A stretch of DNA of 64,000 bases, taken from assembly GCA_950097015.1 (NCBI GenBank), contig CATNEN010000011.1:4216001-4280000 (forward strand), in the 5' to 3' direction. The notes under the pieces were generated by a model, which saw only the letters and a program-made list of their open reading frames with translations, did no database searches and was not told the DNA's origin. Origin of the DNA: Macrostomum hystrix (taxonomy: Eukaryota; Animalia; Platyhelminthes). Positions 11,735-22,876 of the stretch are shown here, piece by piece (position 1 is the first letter of the stretch; the number at the start of each line of letters is the position of its first letter). Both the position numbers and the translations under genes were made by a program.

Positions 11735-13962
11735 TCAAAGTCTGAACATACACGGGAAGTCTTCCTGGCTAATGTCTCGTCCCGCAGCAATGTAACCAGC
11801 GATTTGAATTGACGCATCACAGAGTCGGTTCATCGAAGCCGAATCGTTGTAGCTACACAAAAATAGTACCAGCTGAAAATCATGTTTGGAAACATTTTCA
11901 AAGCTGTGCCGAGCTGATGAGCAATAAAAGTCGAACGTGATTTCGATCTCATCACCAATTAGTTTGCACCTGTCAGTGTCAGACAACGCCACTTTTTCAG
12001 TGCAAATATACCAGCAGCCTAAAGCGTTCGGGAACTCGAAGTTAGCCTCAATTAGTTTTGCTTCGTTCGATATGTACTTGCGTTGAAGCTTGGCGCTAAT
12101 GATCCTAATGCTGCAAGACCTAGCTAGCGCTCTGGTGCACAGGTTTTCAACATCATCGAGAGCGTTCTCGGCCAGCCGATTTTTTTCCTCAGCCGATGGC
12201 GCAGCGGCAATCATTGCGGCGTCGTCCTCTTTGTGGCTCGCAGCAGTCGTGGCCTTCAGTGCTTCCGCAGTGACCCTGGCAGTTCTGAGATCCTCGAATT
12301 CCATGGCAGACTGCAGCTTTCGAATCTGCTCACTGAGCTTTGCTTCTGGGATCGCAGGAGACAGCTCCTCCTTAAAACGACTGCGAAGTCCTTCAAGAAG
12401 CTGGATCCGATCGCTGAGTAGTTCATCCCATTCTTTTCGCAGCTCTTCTTTCCTCTTCATCTGCACAGCGAGTTCCTCAGCTGACGCTAGAATCTCCTTC
12501 CATTCGGCCTGGAACATCGGGCGATGCAAAATTTTGTTCTAGAACTCCTGATGCAGAGACCGCAACGCTTTAAATCCTTAAAAAGTTTTGAAGGCCACTT
12601 TTCTAAATTATTTATCGTGGACTTCTTAAGTTAGTAGGCCGAGTGATTTCAACTTTAAACGGATGCATGTAGAAAGCTAATTTTTATGTTGACCTTCTAA
12701 ATTTTGTTTTAAATTCGTAAATAATAGCATTCGCGGTTTATTTATACATACAGTATGGCTATAAACAAGAGCTAGAGTTCAACGTATAACTGGGTATGCT
12801 ATCTTGGTGTATGCAGAAGATACAAACGCGAAATAGCCGTTTAAACTATGTTAATACCGGAAGTTTTTTATAACTGCTACGGCATGTTTACGACTTGACT
12901 TGAGAAATGCAGAAAATGTTAGTAGCTGTGCTAGTTTTCTATGCGCTAATTCGGTAACAAGCATACCTCAAGCTTTAATCGATAAGAGCTGAAGTGTAGC
13001 GCGCAGAAGTTTTTGTCGCACATATTGGACAGGTCGCAGGCTGCTCTGGGACATGGGTTGCCTCCATCATCAGCCTGACAAGTTCCTCTATGAAGAGTCG
13101 AAGAACGAGTAATCAATAGGCTTTTTCTTTCTTCGACTTTGTTTCGCAGCAGTTCGTTTTCGACTGGTCGAGTCATTTTGTCTTGGCAAAGCGGGCAATT
13201 AGCTCTGCTCGAGCCAGCCGAAGACGATAGTCTTGTGTAGCAGGCTCTGCATAGTGAGTGGTGATTACTGCACACAAAGAGTGGGTCGGCGTACAACTCC
13301 AGACATACCGGGCAACTCAAATCGAACTCGCAAAAGTCTGAATTTGTGCCACCTAAAGATAGGTGCAAATTATTTTGTTAGAGTAGAAAATACAGTAGAA
13401 ATGTAAGAAAGCCTAGCCCAGTCAGTGGCACAGCAGCAGCTGGGTGTCACATCCACAGGCAGATGTTGCAAGAAACGAACTCAGACCTCTCAGTGAGTAA
13501 TCCGAAGCGCTAACCACTGGGCTGCAAGCTACCCAAACCTCATTGATAACCCCGATGTGTAGCTGGATAGCGGGTTATTGCTCTTCGCCAAACTTCTCCC
13601 TAAACTTCGACCTGACCAGTTAACCATATCTTTGATCTGAAATGCCATGCCTAAAACTCTAAAACACTGCACAAACCGAAATAATATAAATAATATTTTC
13701 AGGAGGCCTGTAGGCACTATGTTAATACCGAAGCTCTGGGACATGATTTCGTCCGGGCTGACACCAATTTTGCTTGGTGTCAGCGAGAAGGCAATCGATC
13801 TATTTCGCTGACTCCTGAGCACACACGCACTTATAGGTTGGCCCTCGAGAGCGTAAAGCGCACGACAAGCCCCGAAGTCTTCTCTTCCTCGACTGCAAGG
13901 AAAACTAATGGTGTAGTCGAGCTGATGGACTTACCTGTAGTTGGCCTGTCTGTATTGCTCAT
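11735..13962 (-). CDS. TRIM/RBCC-like protein 1 (RING-HC + B-box-like + coiled coil + unrecognised C-terminal domain), ~405 aa; exons 13962-13935, 13352-12967, 12538-11735
   Basis: ATGAGCAATACAGACAGGCCAACTACAG|gtaagt gives a phase-1 join to ttag|GTGGCACA. RING CPVC-x10-CSNHHSLCRAC..CPLC; B-box-like CPRAACDLSNMCDKNFCALHF; GAG|gtatgc gives a phase-0 join to tctag|AAC; then a heptad-rich helix. Exon lengths sum to 1218 nt, in frame. Confidence 0.8.
13460..13530 (-). repeat. Degenerate tRNA-derived (SINE-like) head in TRIM-like intron 1
   Basis: Minus strand reads CAGTGGTTAGCGC (A-box-like) ... GAGTTCGTTTC (B-box-like); no complete cloverleaf. Confidence 0.4.
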
Positions 13963-14605
13963 TAGACTTTAAAATCGTTGTGTGAAACAAAATAAAAAAG
14001 CACCTAATGAACGTATTTAATCTTTATCTGCAGTTGTTTGTGACAATGAACACACATTGCTGCACTGCTCTGTCTATTTAAATATTTTCGACTTGCGTAC
14101 AAAAGGAAAAATTGCTAAAGCACGCTTGTAATTGTTCCATTTTTGGAAAGCTTGCACTGAGAGTACTTTTAATAGCCCTGGACAGACAGATATTAAACGG
14201 CAGACAGAAATTCATCCTTAAAAATAGAAGCGAGACCCTTGTGTTTTCGCAATTGAAGCACGTATCCTGTTTGTTATTAAAAGAAGCGAAATTTTATGAA
14301 ACATCCAGGATGAAATCAGTGCATAGACGGTGAGAGCATACTTATTGAATTAAAAGCTCATTTATTCTGCTCTTACTTCTTGGACAGAAGGCGCGGATGT
14401 GGGTGGCGAGGAAGGCGAGAGGCGGGCGAAAGGAGCCCGCTTGTCATGTTCGAGGCAATTTGTGTATTTTTAGCGATATAAAAGCAAAAAATGATTTGAA
14501 GAAACAAATTATTATCAAGTAGATCAAGTAGAAGAGCAGGTGGTAAAAAAGAAAAAAAATTACAAGCGAAGGGCAGAGCACTATGGCACACGCGCTAAAA
14601 AAGCC

Positions 14606-14857
14606 GGCCGCCACCCGCCACCCCACACACCCGCCACCCCAAAAACCCGCCAGCCCACACACCCGCCACCCCACACACCCGCCACCCCAAACACCCGCCA
14701 GCCCACACGCCGGCCACCCCACACACCCGCCACCCCAAACACCCGCCAGCCCAAACATCCGCCAGCCCACACACCCGCCACCCCAAACACCCGCCAGCCC
14801 ACACACCCGCCACCCCACACACCTGCCACGCCACACACCCGCCACCCCACACACCCG
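14606..14857. repeat. 16-bp minisatellite (CCCCACACACCCGCCA) with 48-bp trimer periodicity, ~16 units
   Basis: Direct reading; the repetitive ORFs on both strands have a 16-aa period. Confidence 0.9.
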
Positions 14858-15580
14858 GTAGAAAAATCAAGCAGGCACTTATCCTTGCTTGTAATTGGAA
14901 TTGCATGTAACAGTACTTCAAGTACTTTTTGCTTTCAAGCGTTATGTTGTTTGGACATGTTTTAGCATAACAGCTACGAGTTATGCTCGCATTTAAATGA
15001 CTAAAAATAGCTTAGAAAGCGCAGTCATCAGTGACATAAGTGGACGTAATCTAGGATCTCAAACCATTTAAGCATACTTCATAATTAGCGAGCACTCGCA
15101 TCAGTTTTTCTTAATCTAAAAGACAATTGAGAATTTCATTTCAATAGTCGTATGTAATTTATATTTATTCATTTTTTATCTACTAGGATTCTCGTTGAAG
15201 CGATGTGAAGGATGAGAGGCTGCGTACGGCTGCTCAGTCCATGGACTGGGGAGACGCCACACCCACCTTCAATTACTCGCTTAAGCGAGTGACGTCCTAA
15301 TCGATTTAATATTTTATTAACTGCAATTATTAAGATTTAAAAAGAAAAGCAAAATAAAAAAATGGAAAACTGGGTGCAGAGCGGATCGGCTGGAAAAGTG
15401 TGCTCCCGCCGGCGGAGGGGTGGGTGCAACACGCGCTGCGGGGGTCTATGGTGCTGGGTTTTTCGACTTACGCGCGAAGTCTGGCTGTAGACTAATCTTT
15501 TCCGTGGGACTTTACTAAATAACATTGCAGGCTACTGGGGGAATGGAGGAGAGATGTGGGGTGGGTGAGAGGAGAAGGGA

Positions 15581-15670
15581 TGGGGAAGAGGAACAACTGC
15601 AGGGAAGAGGAACAACTGGGGAAGAGGAACAACTGGGGAAGAGGAACAAGTGGGGAAGAGAAACAACTGG
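15581..15670. repeat. 17-bp tandem repeat (TGGGGAAGAGGAACAAC) x5
   Basis: Direct reading. Confidence 0.85.
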
Positions 15671-16319
15671 CTTCAGGCAGGCCAGACTATCCCAAGCTAT
15701 GCTTAAACCAGGCTCAATTCAGATTCATTGTTCTTCGGGAAAGGCAAGGCAAAACAACCTGCTGCTGCGAGTAGCGCCATGCGCGAATGACTCCTAGCAT
15801 TGGTAGCATTGGGCGAAACAGTCTAGGCTCTTGTCAGGGGAATGCGGATGATTCTGGAGTAGCGCGACCAACCAGTATTTAGAAACCTGGGTCCTCGGAG
15901 CTTATAGCGCCTAGTTTTTCACATAGTTCTTGTTTAGGCAGCAAATGGGCAATGGTGCAACTTCCGCTATAGATCGGGACTTCATTCCTGAATTCGTTAC
16001 GTGGGTCTTAGTTAAGTGCTATTTATCTCTTTTATGTTCCTGCCAACTTTTTCGTAACCTTCCTCCCTTATTCCCCCTTTCGAAGCTGTTCACTTTTGGT
16101 AGGAAAATATATAAAAATATAGCCCAAACACCAGAAATTCTAGTCTACTTAAGGTAAAAAAATGTAAGAATCGCATGAATTCTGAAATCTGTTTAAAATT
16201 AGCACACAAATTATGGACTTTAATAATCACATTCGTCACTTTTGGATTGTGTGAAGGACCTAAGTCACTTGCGGCGCAAAGAACCTTACGAATTTTATTT
16301 CGCTGCCATCGATGCATAG

Positions 16320-17262
16320 TTAAATGTAGCTCTTAAAAAGTCTTCCCGCAGCAATGATCCAGCGACGAACTCGAAGATACATATTGCGCAGCATTACAAT
16401 TATTGGTCTGGGAGCTAAAGCCTCTTGGTATCGAAGCTCCATCGACTTTACGGTGTCCAACACCTCAAGCTTCATCGCTCTGCGATCCGCACGCGATGGT
16501 GGCGATCCGATCTTTTGCTGACAAACCTTCTGATTGAAATCAACGCCATTCATGGACTGCTTAAGCTTTTGATAGGCTTTCTTTGCCGCACCCATGTCGC
16601 CAGCGCTCAGAAACATTTGGAGTTCGCAAAGTTGCTCTCTAAGACTCGTTGCCCGCGTCTGGTCCGCTTCAGGACGGAGATTTCGTCGCTGCTGCAGCAG
16701 CTCGATGCATTCATCAATAAGTGCGCTCCAGGAATCCTGGAGAGTTGCCTTGCCCTCCGCCTCAGCAGCTTCCGCCTCTCCAAGTGCCATCAGTCTGTAA
16801 CACTCATTCTACAAAGGCGTTGGTATGAAGTCTGTCAAATTGTATTATACGAGCCGTACGTCGACTATTTAATGAAAATGACGCACCATGAAGTTAATCT
16901 CATCAAGAATGAAGTGGACGTTGCAAAGCTTTCTGCTGCAATGATTGCAGTGATTGGTTGCGGGCTCGCTGCACAAGTATAATTTGCCTTCGTTGAGAAT
17001 TTTCTGCTGAAATTGAATCCCGAGATACGAATCCGAGATGCCTGCGCGCTGCAATCAGGCTCCGCATGTGGGAGTTTTCTATCGGTCGCGTAAGCGGCTC
17101 GCGGCACTCCGGACACCGTTTGTTGTTGTCTCGATTGCGCGACACGAGTTTCCGGTGGCATTTGCGGCACAGAGTGTGATGGTTTGGACACACGAAGCAG
17201 GGATCAGTGAATACCTCCAGGCACATCGGACAGCTGATGTCTGCCTCTGGGTTTTGATTCAT
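16320..17262 (-). pseudogene. TRIM/RBCC-like protein 2 with a +1 frameshift between RING and B-box (or an assembly error); exons 17262-16887 and 16808-16320
   Basis: RING CPMC..CPNHHTLCRKC..CPEC lies in one frame and the B-box CSEPATNHCNHCSRKLCNVHF in the next frame. ATG|gtgcgt donor and ttgtag|AAT acceptor define a 78-nt intron at the same phase and position as in paralog 1; the coiled-coil exon is homologous to paralog 1. Confidence 0.75.
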
Positions 17263-20200
17263 AATTTCCGCTCGTCCCTAATGTTGCTCGACACTTAATA
17301 AACTGTTAGCGCTTGCTGATAACAGTAAAATGAGATTCTGGGTGAGATGATTAGGAAAGAATAAATACCTTTCTTCTGCTCAAATGATTCGTTTCTACGA
17401 GCGTATAATTCAGTTATACTTTCTATTGAACAATTTATTTGTCTCTGCCTCTTGTATAGGCCAGCGAGTACACTGCAAAAAAGCTTAAAGGTACTTGAAA
17501 TTTCCAAGAAATTTTATAAATTTTATAGAATAGAGAAAGAGGCTAGATTTCTCGAAAGTTCTTGGAAATCATGGCAATCGGGAAACCGCTTAGTATAAGA
17601 CTTAGAAATCTGAAAAGAACTTGAGAGAAAACTTTCGCCTAGAGGTCAAGCAACTAAGAATAGACAGATTAGATAAACACTCGCCCCGAGTTTTCACTTT
17701 CATTCCAGCGCAACACAGCACGGCCCGGCCTAATCTGACCTGATCCTGCCCGACGTCGGTCCAACGCGACCTGGACCGGCCTGGACTTACCCGAACGGGC
17801 ACGGCCTGACACGACCCGGCTCGGCCCTGCTGGCAACATCGGAGCCAGCCTGGGCCCTATCTGGAGAAGAAACCTGGAGAAGACCGGGACTACACAAGAA
17901 GACCTGATAGACGGAGGGACAGCAACAACAAACACTAGATAAAGGGGACTCCATAGAAACGGGAGCTTTTCCTAACTCAACCAATGCGTTTAGGCTTTTG
18001 ACCCACCCTCCGTAGGACAGGGGTTGGCGTGCCTGCCAACCAAGTAGCCTAATACTTCGCGCTGTTTAAACTCGGGGCTGCGACCCCACTCGATTCATTA
18101 TCACTAAAAACTGTTGATAAAGTTTTACCACCTCCCCAAGGGAGGGATTTTCGATCAATACACGACCCGACGTCACACGGATTTCACACGGAAATCGAAG
18201 CGGAGCGCGGGAAAATAGTCCGTCGCTGATTTTAGTTAGAGAGTCATCTCTGAGCTCTATTAAGTTAGCAATTTAAAACAACTTACGGCGTTTGAGTTCT
18301 ATCTTCATTGAATCCCGAGATACGAATCCGGGAGAGATGACATCAGTCAGCCGAGATACTGAGAGCGATAGTCGTTAGGAGTTATAGCCTTCAAGACAAC
18401 AGACTGCAACAAACCTCTAGACTAGCTTTAAGAAACATTGAAATCCGAGAACAAAACTTAAAGCGCTATACTTAGATTTCAGTCTTTGATACGTATATAC
18501 CAATGCATTTGTTTCTTTAGCAAAGCACTTTATTGGCTTGCTTTATTTCTAACTAAATTATAATAATAGTACACAGAATTGGGCTTTCGTCCCAAAAATG
18601 TGGTCTCTATAAAGGTCTTCTTTTAGCCACACATTTCTGCTCTGATTGGATAGCAAGTCTTCCCATGTGATCCAAACTTTTCTATAAAACTTCTTGATTT
18701 CAGAATATTTAATTGTCTTTAAGGAGGCTTAAGGATTAGTAAAGAAGAAATGCAAATATTAGCAGATTAATCTATAACCTTGAGCCTGTGTGTAACATTC
18801 TGCCCTGAAATCCCGCCCATGTCAAGGCGTCATCTTTAAGATGGCTTGTCACGACAGTTAAAGTTTGCACAGCATCGTGAAGTAACTAAAAAAATAAAAT
18901 AACCTTTGAAGGCTTGTAAAGCATATAAAGCACCTTATCGCCTAATAAAACTAATTAAAAAGCAACATTTTTTGCCGACTCAATCGTAAACACACGCTCA
19001 AATGAAAGTTGGGAGAAGTTTTCACGCAAAATCAAGTCAAGTCGGGTTGCAATACAGATTGGGGTGTGACTAGTCAGTTGAACGGCGGTGGCAATGGTAG
19101 GTGAACAGATTGTAGCAGGAAGATTAACCGATAGGGGCAGTGGTAGGTCAATAGTAAGTGGCAGTAGTGGGTTAATCAGATAGTGGCAGAACAGACCGGC
19201 AGGTAGTGAGCCAGGCAGGGCAGGGAGCGGCAGTGGAGGGGCGCACTGGAGCGGGGTGCGGCGATCAATAGGCTGGCGCAAAGATTTACATAATTTATGC
19301 GGGATAGACTAGAAAATGAACTGGCAGTTGACATTCGCATATGAGCGTGGACGCGCGCGATTGGCTGAGAGGCAAATCGTAATTACGGGTGGCGCAAGGG
19401 GTTCGAATGTACGCTGAAGTCTACTTACGATACGATACGAGTAGCAATCTAGGAAATATACGGAATTGCAAAGGTGGTGACAGCGTAATTACATTTTATA
19501 AAACGGCCTAACTCAGGCCCACATTAATTAAAATTTCATAGCGCCTTCTTCAGAAAGTGACAAGTCACAATAGTTTTACAAAGTTACGCGCATAAGAAAC
19601 AGCAGCTAAAGGTAGTTGCATTTGTTTGAATCAGAAAAAATGTAGCTTTTACACCGCTTAGCCTGCAACAAGTGTTTTAAAGACCTAATACTCGGAAAGA
19701 GTATTAAAGTCTAGTCACCACAACTTGTAAGACTATGATCATGTCCGGGGTGAGTGGCAGAACGCTCTAACGCGCTTGCTTCTGGACCAAGATCCCTAAG
19801 CTTTCACTAAAACGGTATTCATTTTGGGCACTGCCGCGGAAAGAAGGCTTTGTTGGGGTTTTCGTGCAATGTCTGCCATTAAGGGCCAACCACCAAGACA
19901 CAGTAAAAGTGTAGCCCGTACACTGCCTGGCGACGAGAAAGTCATGGCAGATGGACACATCTGTGTGAGTGTGTGCTCAGGAGTCAGCGAAATCGGTAGA
20001 ATTCCCCACCTTGCTGGCTCCTGGTCTAGTGTCACCAATGATGGTTTATTGTTCTAAGCCCTCCTGCAAATATTGTTATTAATTTTAAGATCATGTTCAG
20101 ACTTTCTACGATTTCCTGCTTGACTTGGCAAGTTAGTTTCGGTTAAACGCTTTTAATATTGTTTCGCCTCTCGGTTTTAACACTTAAACTGAGTGTCACT

Positions 20201-21518
20201 GTTCAATGCTCCACTAATTAATTTGCCTCGTATAGACTAGCTATCCATAGACACCAACCAAAGAATTCCTCTGAATAATTTATTGACTTACAGAAAATGT
20301 CACAAAACGATCATCAACGATTTACATATACGCTCGTTGATGTAAGCCACAATAGGGATAATTTTTTCATACCTTTAATATTTTGCTTAATCCCTCTTCA
20401 AATAATTACTCGTGTTTTACTTGTCTCTCCACCGCTGCAGCACTAAATTTTATTATCTAGAGTCATGCGCATTTGTTTTCAAATCTTAAACGCGAGTTCA
20501 AACGCAAATCCAAACTATAGAACGTTAGTGACCTTGTTACGCCATGCAAATTTAAACATTCACTTCAGAATCCTTAATTTCTGTGACGCATTTTACACAC
20601 ATTGAATATTAAAGCATCTTTAACAGTTCTTTAACAAGTCAATTCACCTGCATATTAACTACCTCGCTACCAAGTTTTTCTCTGACCGGTTGTTGCCGTC
20701 AGTTGGTTTACACAAGTGCCCAAGCAAGCCGCGCAAACTGTTTGCTCAGGTTTAGCCCAGGTAAGAGTTTCACATGCGCCTGTTTGCTCAGTTTTTACCT
20801 GCGTGAATATTTTGCCAGAAGTTTTACTAGTCGTGTGGTCCAAACTTGTCGTAAGTCGCAATTAAAAATGCATGGAAACCATGTATGTTCCTTCTCAATT
20901 CTAAAACAGAAAATTCCATTCACTTTGTATAGGCCTACTCAATACCAGATGCGTTCGGGAGAAAACGGAAGGAAAAGGTGTCGCGTTTCACGCCAAAGGA
21001 ATACGAAGCTTAACAGCTTCTGTAGCACTGCTGGCATCGCACCGGCAACGGTTCCCTTGTATTCCACCTTAAGGTAGTTCCAGTTTTAGAATCATTTTGC
21101 GCCAGAGAAGTGTTGCATGCTTCAGCGTGAAAGCCTTGTTTGTAATCACATTTTTTCGTATTTTTCATATTTCTTGTTCCATGAGCAGTGCGTCAGAAGC
21201 CTCCTAAACAAGAATAGAACCATAATTCATATGCATAAGAATTAGCCAGATGATTTTACTACATATAAATGTATTTTATATTCTTATTGTAGAGAAAGAT
21301 TAAAAAAGTGGCGGCTCTTCTTCAGACAATTGTTTGGTGGAGGTGCGTATCGATTCTTAAAAAGTCACACTTTAAACTCTTATACTCGTAGAATATTCTC
21401 AGTAGTTTATAAGCCATTACCGCATTGAAGTACTCTTTTGAGGAAAGGACTCAATAGTTTAAGATATGCTCGATTGGAGTTTCACACTAGAAACTAATGT
21501 TTCGCAAGAGTATCGTCA

Positions 21519-22412
21519 TCACCGAACCAGAATAGCCAAGTAGTCAGCTACTCGACGGTGGTCTTGCCACGTGACGTTGACTCCGGTGGTGTACATGATG
21601 GTTGGTACAGCCGTAAAATTGAAAAAATCGCACAAATCACTTGCCAGATCGATGACCACAAGGGAGCCAGTGTCGTTGGCGCAATAATATGAGTAATAGG
21701 TGATGTAGAACCGTCTCTGGTATTGGGAGTCAGAGATGCCCTCAATGCGAAAATTATTGAACTGTTTCAACTTCAGGTCAACAATCGGATAGCTATCGAC
21801 GAGTCTGTCTTGGCTAAACCAGTTTGTTTTGTTCACTCTCTCAGAAAATAAGCCAACATCGAATGTGAGCCTCATCACAACTGTAGAGTTCTTGTACAGC
21901 TGCACAATGAACTGCTTGTAGATTAGGCTGGAGATTAGGCGCTGGATATTGTCTAGCACAGTCGAACTGAACGCGCTAGGAAGCGTGGCTGCATCCGGGT
22001 GATCTGGCTGGAGCACATAGTCAGAGTTGAGAGTAGCCGAATTTATCAGATCCCAAATCCGGGTGCCGCAGCCAGTCTTGATGCTCAGGACAATGTGCTG
22101 GAGCGCTACCAGGCTGGAAGGCATGAGCACGATGAAGCTGCAGTCGACTGCGCACAGCCGATAGCGGGGACACATGGCAGCAGTTGTCAGACAAAGGCTG
22201 CTGTTTTTGGCAAGGATTGCCGCCGATGCATTCGCGGACATTGAAGCCGCAATCGAGCACCTAAGCCTGTCCCCTGTGCTCAGAGTGGCAGTCACTGTGC
22301 AGTTGGGAAAGAAGCCATACTGCTTAAATTCGACTCGCTTACTCAGGCATTTTAATGTGCAGGTCACGGGCGCGATTAAGACCAGCGCGAGAGTCAGCAC
22401 AAACAGGTGCAT
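21519..22412 (-). CDS. Secreted uncharacterised protein, family copy A (intact, 297 aa): signal peptide + small Cys domain + C-terminal NWF..RRF..C..D.G domain
   Basis: Single-exon ORF with signal peptide MHLFVLTLALVLIAPVTC; full-length colinear similarity to the copies at 25.9 kb and 31-38 kb (CPRY, HPDA..LP.AF, LI..L.YKQ.IVQLY.N.T.V.RL.FDV, NWF, RRF). Confidence 0.85.
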   Translation of the reverse strand: MHLFVLTLALVLIAPVTCTLKCLSKRVEFKQYGFFPNCTVTATLSTGDRLRCSIAASMSANASAAILAKNSSLCLTTAAMCPRYRLCAVDCSFIVLMPSSLVALQHIVLSIKTGCGTRIWDLINSATLNSDYVLQPDHPDAATLPSAFSSTVLDNIQRLISSLIYKQFIVQLYKNSTVVMRLTFDVGLFSERVNKTNWFSQDRLVDSYPIVDLKLKQFNNFRIEGISDSQYQRRFYITYYSYYCANDTGSLVVIDLASDLCDFFNFTAVPTIMYTTGVNVTWQDHRRVADYLAILVR

Positions 22413-22797
22413 TTTCAACTGGGAACTAGCAAAGTCAGTTTGCTGGTCCATCTAAAACAGCCGAGCACTTTGCTGCGAGTTTATAAGCCGATCCTCTTCA
22501 ACTTTCAATGTGAGAAACTTGCGTTTTGGTCGGGGAACCAATAGGAGGCCGACAAACATTTCTAGCGATTCATCAGCCTCTTTGTCTGTCAAATTGTTCA
22601 GTTTTTTAGGCGCTAAACTGTGAAAAATTGTATAACGATAACCGGGCTCCATTACCACCTGCTAGCAATTCCTACCTATTAAGCATTAAGCAAGAAAGAG
22701 GAAGCAAGGAAACAGAAAAATTTTCACACGCAGCGCGAAGAGACAAGGCTGGGCAGCACGCGGGCGCCGGCTGAAATACAACCCAGCTCAAGGCGGA

Positions 22798-22876
22798 GGG
22801 GTGGGTGCCTGGGGTGGGTGCCTGGGGAGGGTGTTTGGGGTGGGTGCCTGGGGTGGGTGCCTGGGATGGGTATTTA
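22798..22876. repeat. 13-bp G-rich tandem repeat (GGGGTGGGTGCCT) x6
   Basis: Direct reading. Confidence 0.85.

Noticed and set aside
13460-13530. tRNA gene
   Set aside because: Only A/B-box-like remnants are present; there is no acceptor stem or anticodon arm.
14444-14965. Pro/Thr/His-rich or Gly/Trp-rich proteins
   Set aside because: ORFs arise from the 16-bp minisatellite, with no splice or domain support.
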